From: Paraspadella gotoi | Lineage: Eukaryota > Animalia > Chaetognatha | Length of the DNA: 64,000 nucleotides | Assembly (NCBI GenBank): GCA_051294375.1 | Contig: CM119269.1 | Location: 1,897,601 to 1,961,600, forward strand | Direction of reading: 5' to 3' | Part shown: piece by piece, positions 59,931-64,000 of the stretch | Position numbering within the stretch: the stretch's first letter is position 1 | How the letters are laid out: each line of letters opens with the position of its first letter | Notes under the pieces: model-generated | What the model saw: only the letters and a program-made list of their open reading frames with translations | Database searches by the model: none | What the model was told of the DNA's origin: nothing | Position numbers and translations under genes: made by a program

Positions 59931-60708
59931 AAACGAGAAGAGAGAGAGACGAGAGAGAGAGAGAGAGAGACAGGGAGAGAGAGAGAGAGAGAGAGAGGTT
60001 TCCACGCTTTCCCCGCGCACCTTTCGTTTCCATTTGCATAATAGTTCGTTGAAAGATTTTTTTTCGACGTTCGTTTTTGAAACGACTTCGTTTCGCGTTG
60101 TTGCGTTATGCGGTTTTTTTTTCTTTGTTGCTTTTATCTGTTTTTGAATAAAGTTAAGCATAAAGTTAAACTTGACTTACTATTTTTTTTTTTTTTTTTG
60201 GTTTTTCTAAAGAAGTTTCATCGAATACTTTACGAATTACTTTTCCACTTTAGTTTCATCAACTCCAACTTTAAACAAAAACGATTAAAATTTTCACGAA
60301 AAAAAATACTTATAAATAATTCGTCAAATAAAACGTCAAACTATTGAAAATATACAAATTTAATTGACGAAGAAGGGGATATGAAATCTTGATCACGAAA
60401 AGGCTAAGTTCGGATCGTCACAAAAAAAAGTGAAGAACCTGTGAAAAATTCGATCAACAACGAAATTCTTTTCTCATCTAAGAACAAAAAATTTGACTTC
60501 AACGTCAAATCTCTTTTACTTTACTTTTTTCGGCGCCAAAAATTCCCCCACTGTCACCATTGCCTCCGCCGCCAACAACGCCACCGTCGCCGCTCGCGTC
60601 GCCCCACCAACCACCGCGTCAACCTTTTCCGCAGCCGTTAACGTCAACGCCGCCACCGCCGCGTCAAACGCCAACATAGCCGCCGTCACCGCCGCGCCAC
60701 GAGCGAGG

Positions 60709-60762
60709 ATGGGAAGGAAGAAAATACAAATCTCGCGGATCGGCGACGAGAGAAACCGACAG
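60709..60762 (+). CDS. MEF2: MEF2 MADS-box transcription factor, first coding exon; the gene continues beyond the window
   Basis: MGRKKIQISRIGDERNRQ followed by a GT donor at the conserved MEF2 intron position. The next exon (VTFTKRK) was not found in the window. Confidence 0.93.
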
Positions 60763-60814
60763 GTGCGAGGGATTGGGGAGCGACAGGTGCGAGGGATTGG
60801 GGAGCGACAGGTGC
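60757..60814 (+). repeat. 24-bp tandem repeat (2.4 copies) spanning the MEF2 splice donor
   Basis: CGACAG|GTGCGAGGGATTGGGGAG at 60757 and 60781, partial copy at 60805. Confidence 0.95.
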
Positions 60815-62459
60815 AAACGTTTAGGAGCTGAGTAGTTACAGTTGCCATGTGGTCGAGGCCGAGCAATGATTGATGCAAGACGATGTTTAAAGGTCGAAGG
60901 TTCACTGAGTTAATGATCGGGTTTGTGACAAGAGGAACGTAATTGTTGGCATCAATGAGGGAGTGGGTAAAAGTAGGAAAGTTTGATTTGCGGAATGTGG
61001 AATGAGGAATGAGGAATGAGGAATAATGCCACAGGGTAAGACGTTTGGTTAAAATCGGAAAGGGAGAACAATTTTGAGGGACGACGAATCTGCTCGGCCC
61101 AAATTTTTACCGGCTTTTAAAATTTCGGAAAATTTTGTCTATTTGATAATTTTGATGAAATATTTTGTCATTTTTATCAATGAAATTGGTAAAAATTGGT
61201 AAAAATAATCAAAATTTTCCATTCATTTAATAAACAAGCTATCTTGGCCCTGACTTTGGACAGGCTTTGGTGGTTTAAGGCCTCCATCACAGTCTCTCAC
61301 AGTCTTGTTTATTCACTCCCGGAGTACCTAGCTTCCTTATCAATGAAGTGGTATAAACTATAATGTTTCAAAGAATGTTTCAATTGTATGAAAATACCAC
61401 TCCCTTAAGTATTAGATCGGGGAATACTATATTGCTAAGTTATCGACCTGACAATACGCTAATCGTTCATAGATACTGTTCAATGAACTGCAAAATGAAT
61501 CGACAGTAGAAGGAGAGTCTGACGGATTATTTAACAGTTCCGCACTTGGGGAATCGGATTGGCCGCCAAGGAAGAAATGCCGATCATAGGCTATTAACCA
61601 AATCGCTAATTAATTATACCAACGAAAAAATAAATACGGAAAGAAAAAAAAAAGAGAGAAAAATCCGGATCCAGAAGAACGACGATCATTTATTCTAATC
61701 CGCTTTTCGCGTCATCATCCGGATTTGATCGTCTGAGAAGAGAGAGAGAGAGAGGAGGGAGAAGATGGGGGGGATGAGAGGAGAGAGAGAGAGATGAGCC
61801 GATAGATGTGAGAGGATTGAGAGAGACGATGAATTGTTGATAGGGACTGAGAGATGGGGAGATGAGAGAGAGGTATTTACGGAGAGATTTAGAGAGAGAG
61901 GGGGGGGGAGATAGGAGAAGCGAGATGAGAGAGGTAGAATGCGAGATATAATGGGAGTTTGGAATATGAAATAAATAAAGGTAAAAGTCTTGCCAAGATC
62001 GTCTTTCTCTCTCTCTCTTCTTCTCAATCTCTCTCCCTCTCCCTCTCTCTCTCTCTCTGCTCTCTCTCTCCTCTCTCTCTCTCTGTCTCTCTTCTATCTC
62101 TCTTCTCTCTCGTCCCTCTCTTCTCCTCTCTCTCTTTTCTCTCTTTCTCTCTCTCCCCCATGTCTCTATCTATCTCACACGTGCTGCTGCTGGCCTGACG
62201 TGCCATTTCGATCATTGTTTCTGAATTCTGGTGTGGGAAGTGTGAAAAAAAAAAAAGAGTGGGATTTCTTTTTCTCCCTCACAGTCGACTAAGTTCCGTT
62301 TATTGCTCATGAGTCGTCGTCACTGTTGTCGACGATGTCTTCGTCGTCGTCNNNNNNNNNNTCGTCGTCGAGTCGTTCAGGCTGATCTCGAACTCAAGGA
62401 GGATATGAAGATGAGGGAAGCAACGTGGGCGAACGACTGGAGGAAGCGAAGAGAAAGGG

Positions 62460-62669
62460 GAGGAAAGAAGGAAAGAAAGAATTAAAGAAAAATAGAAAGA
62501 GAGAAAGAAAGAATTAAAAAAAGCCAAAAAATATGAGAGAAAGAAAGAAAGAAAGCAAGAAAGAAAGAAAAAAGAAAGAAAGAAAAAAAGCAAGAAAGAA
62601 AGCTAAAGAGAAAGAAAGAAAGAAAGATAGTAGGAAAGAATGAAAAAAAGAAAGAAAGAAAGGAAGAAA

Positions 62670-62710
<41 letters not shown>

Positions 62711-62890
62711 CAAGAGAAATGGAAAGAAAGAAAAAATAATAATAAAGAAAGTTAAAACGAAAGAAAGAAAGAGATAAAGAAAGAAAGAAAGAAAAAAGAA
62801 AAAAAGAAGGAAAGAAAGAAAAAAAAAGAAAAAAGAAAAAAAGAAGGAAAGAAAGAAAGAAAGAAAGAAAGAAAGAAAAAAAGAAAGGAT
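62460..62890. repeat. Degenerate (GAAA)n microsatellite in a MEF2 intron; many (AG)n/(CT)n tracts occur across the window
   Basis: Directly visible. Similar tracts lie at about 1634-1990, 2973-3120, 8066-8164, 14783-14895, 25598-25705 and 43917-44039. Confidence 0.9.
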
Positions 62891-63457
62891 AGTGAGCTAG
62901 CGGGCGCGCCAACTCCCACGACCGAAATCTTGACCAAAATATTTTCCTTTTGCTTTCATTTTTCTTCTTTTTCTTTTCTTTCTTTTTTTCTACTTCTTTA
63001 AAATGTCGATTGTGATGGGAAAAGTCGTTAGAACCGGTGTACATCTCGTTACTGTTTTTTATTCAACCGAATGAGGTATTTTTGGAACAGATTTTTTCTT
63101 TCCTTTTTTTTCTTTTTTGTTTTTATTTTACGTTTTTATTGTTTATCTTTTGGCTTAGAAACGAATCTGGCCGAGTTCATTAACATAGTCCTTCTAAAGT
63201 TCTAATTTCTAATTTCAAGGATGTTTTATATTAAATTGAAAACAGAGAAAAGACATTGCTGAATAAATAGGAATATTTTGTAATTTTACTTCTGATGTGT
63301 GAAAATTTATGTAGTTTGATGGTTTAAATTAAGAAAATCGTAGTTTATGCAAGAACTAAAATTTTTTCAACTCAATCTGTTAGTATATTTAAAAAGTTAT
63401 GTTTTACGATTTTCTCATTCCAGCTTTGAATTAAATTGCCAGAGAAAATAGAGAGGA

Positions 63458-63523
<66 letters not shown>

Positions 63524-64000
63524 CTTTAAATTTATTCAGCCCACTCCCATTTCATTTTCCTCATTCAAGTTTCAAGAAAGAATCTTCACTTTTTTTTTCT
63601 TTCCTTCTTTCGATTGTGAATTTCGTCGTTCGACTTTCGACTAATTTTTCTCACGAGGACTTTTTTTCTCTTTCTCCGACGGAAACCGACGCCTCCGCCG
63701 CGCGATGGCACCGGAAGTCGCTCCGGCGCTTTTGATAATTTCTTCGAATAACCGTAATAACCAAAGCGGCGCCATTAGACGCCTCAAATGACGCCGGAGA
63801 CGAGACTCCGCGTCGATCGGCCACGGACGATTACGGAAGACGCGTATCACTGACAAACCGGTTTAGAAGGAAGGAAAGAAAGAAAGACCTAAAGAAAGAA
63901 AGAAAGAAGGAAAACAGAAAGACAGAAAGACAGAAAGACAGAAAGAAAGAAAGAAAGAAAGAAAGAGTTGAGTGTAAAAAATATAAAAGCTTTGACAGAG

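Overview
Eukaryotic (invertebrate metazoan-like) scaffold with GC-richer exons, AT-rich short introns, many microsatellites and five N-gaps. Most ORFs in the supplied track are low-complexity artefacts, so gene models were built by hand from splice sites and codon phase. Recognisable genes: BMAL1/cycle-type bHLH-PAS factor with C-terminal transactivation domain (minus, 9969-16879); Egalitarian/LIN-66-like protein (minus, 19312-25189); ABHD8-like hydrolase (plus, 26908-28764); STK33 kinase (minus, 29442-33886); SLC25A22/18-like mitochondrial glutamate carrier (minus, 35357-39212); and the first coding exon of MEF2 (plus, 60709-60762). There are also two orphan gene candidates near 4-9 kb. The block 37367-48731 is repeated at 48757-59930 as an indel-rich copy, most likely a long-read gap-filling artefact. 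Most notable observations: (1) a family of 220-260 bp intronic elements with 4-bp target-site duplications and stem-loops showing compensatory changes; (2) repeated tandem duplication of splice donors and a stop codon; (3) an Egalitarian-like protein lacking the exonuclease domain; (4) a Trp-to-Ser change at the BMAL1 PAS-B dimerisation residue; (5) a possible 192-aa N-terminal extension on the carrier. No database searches were run; family assignments come from recalled motifs.
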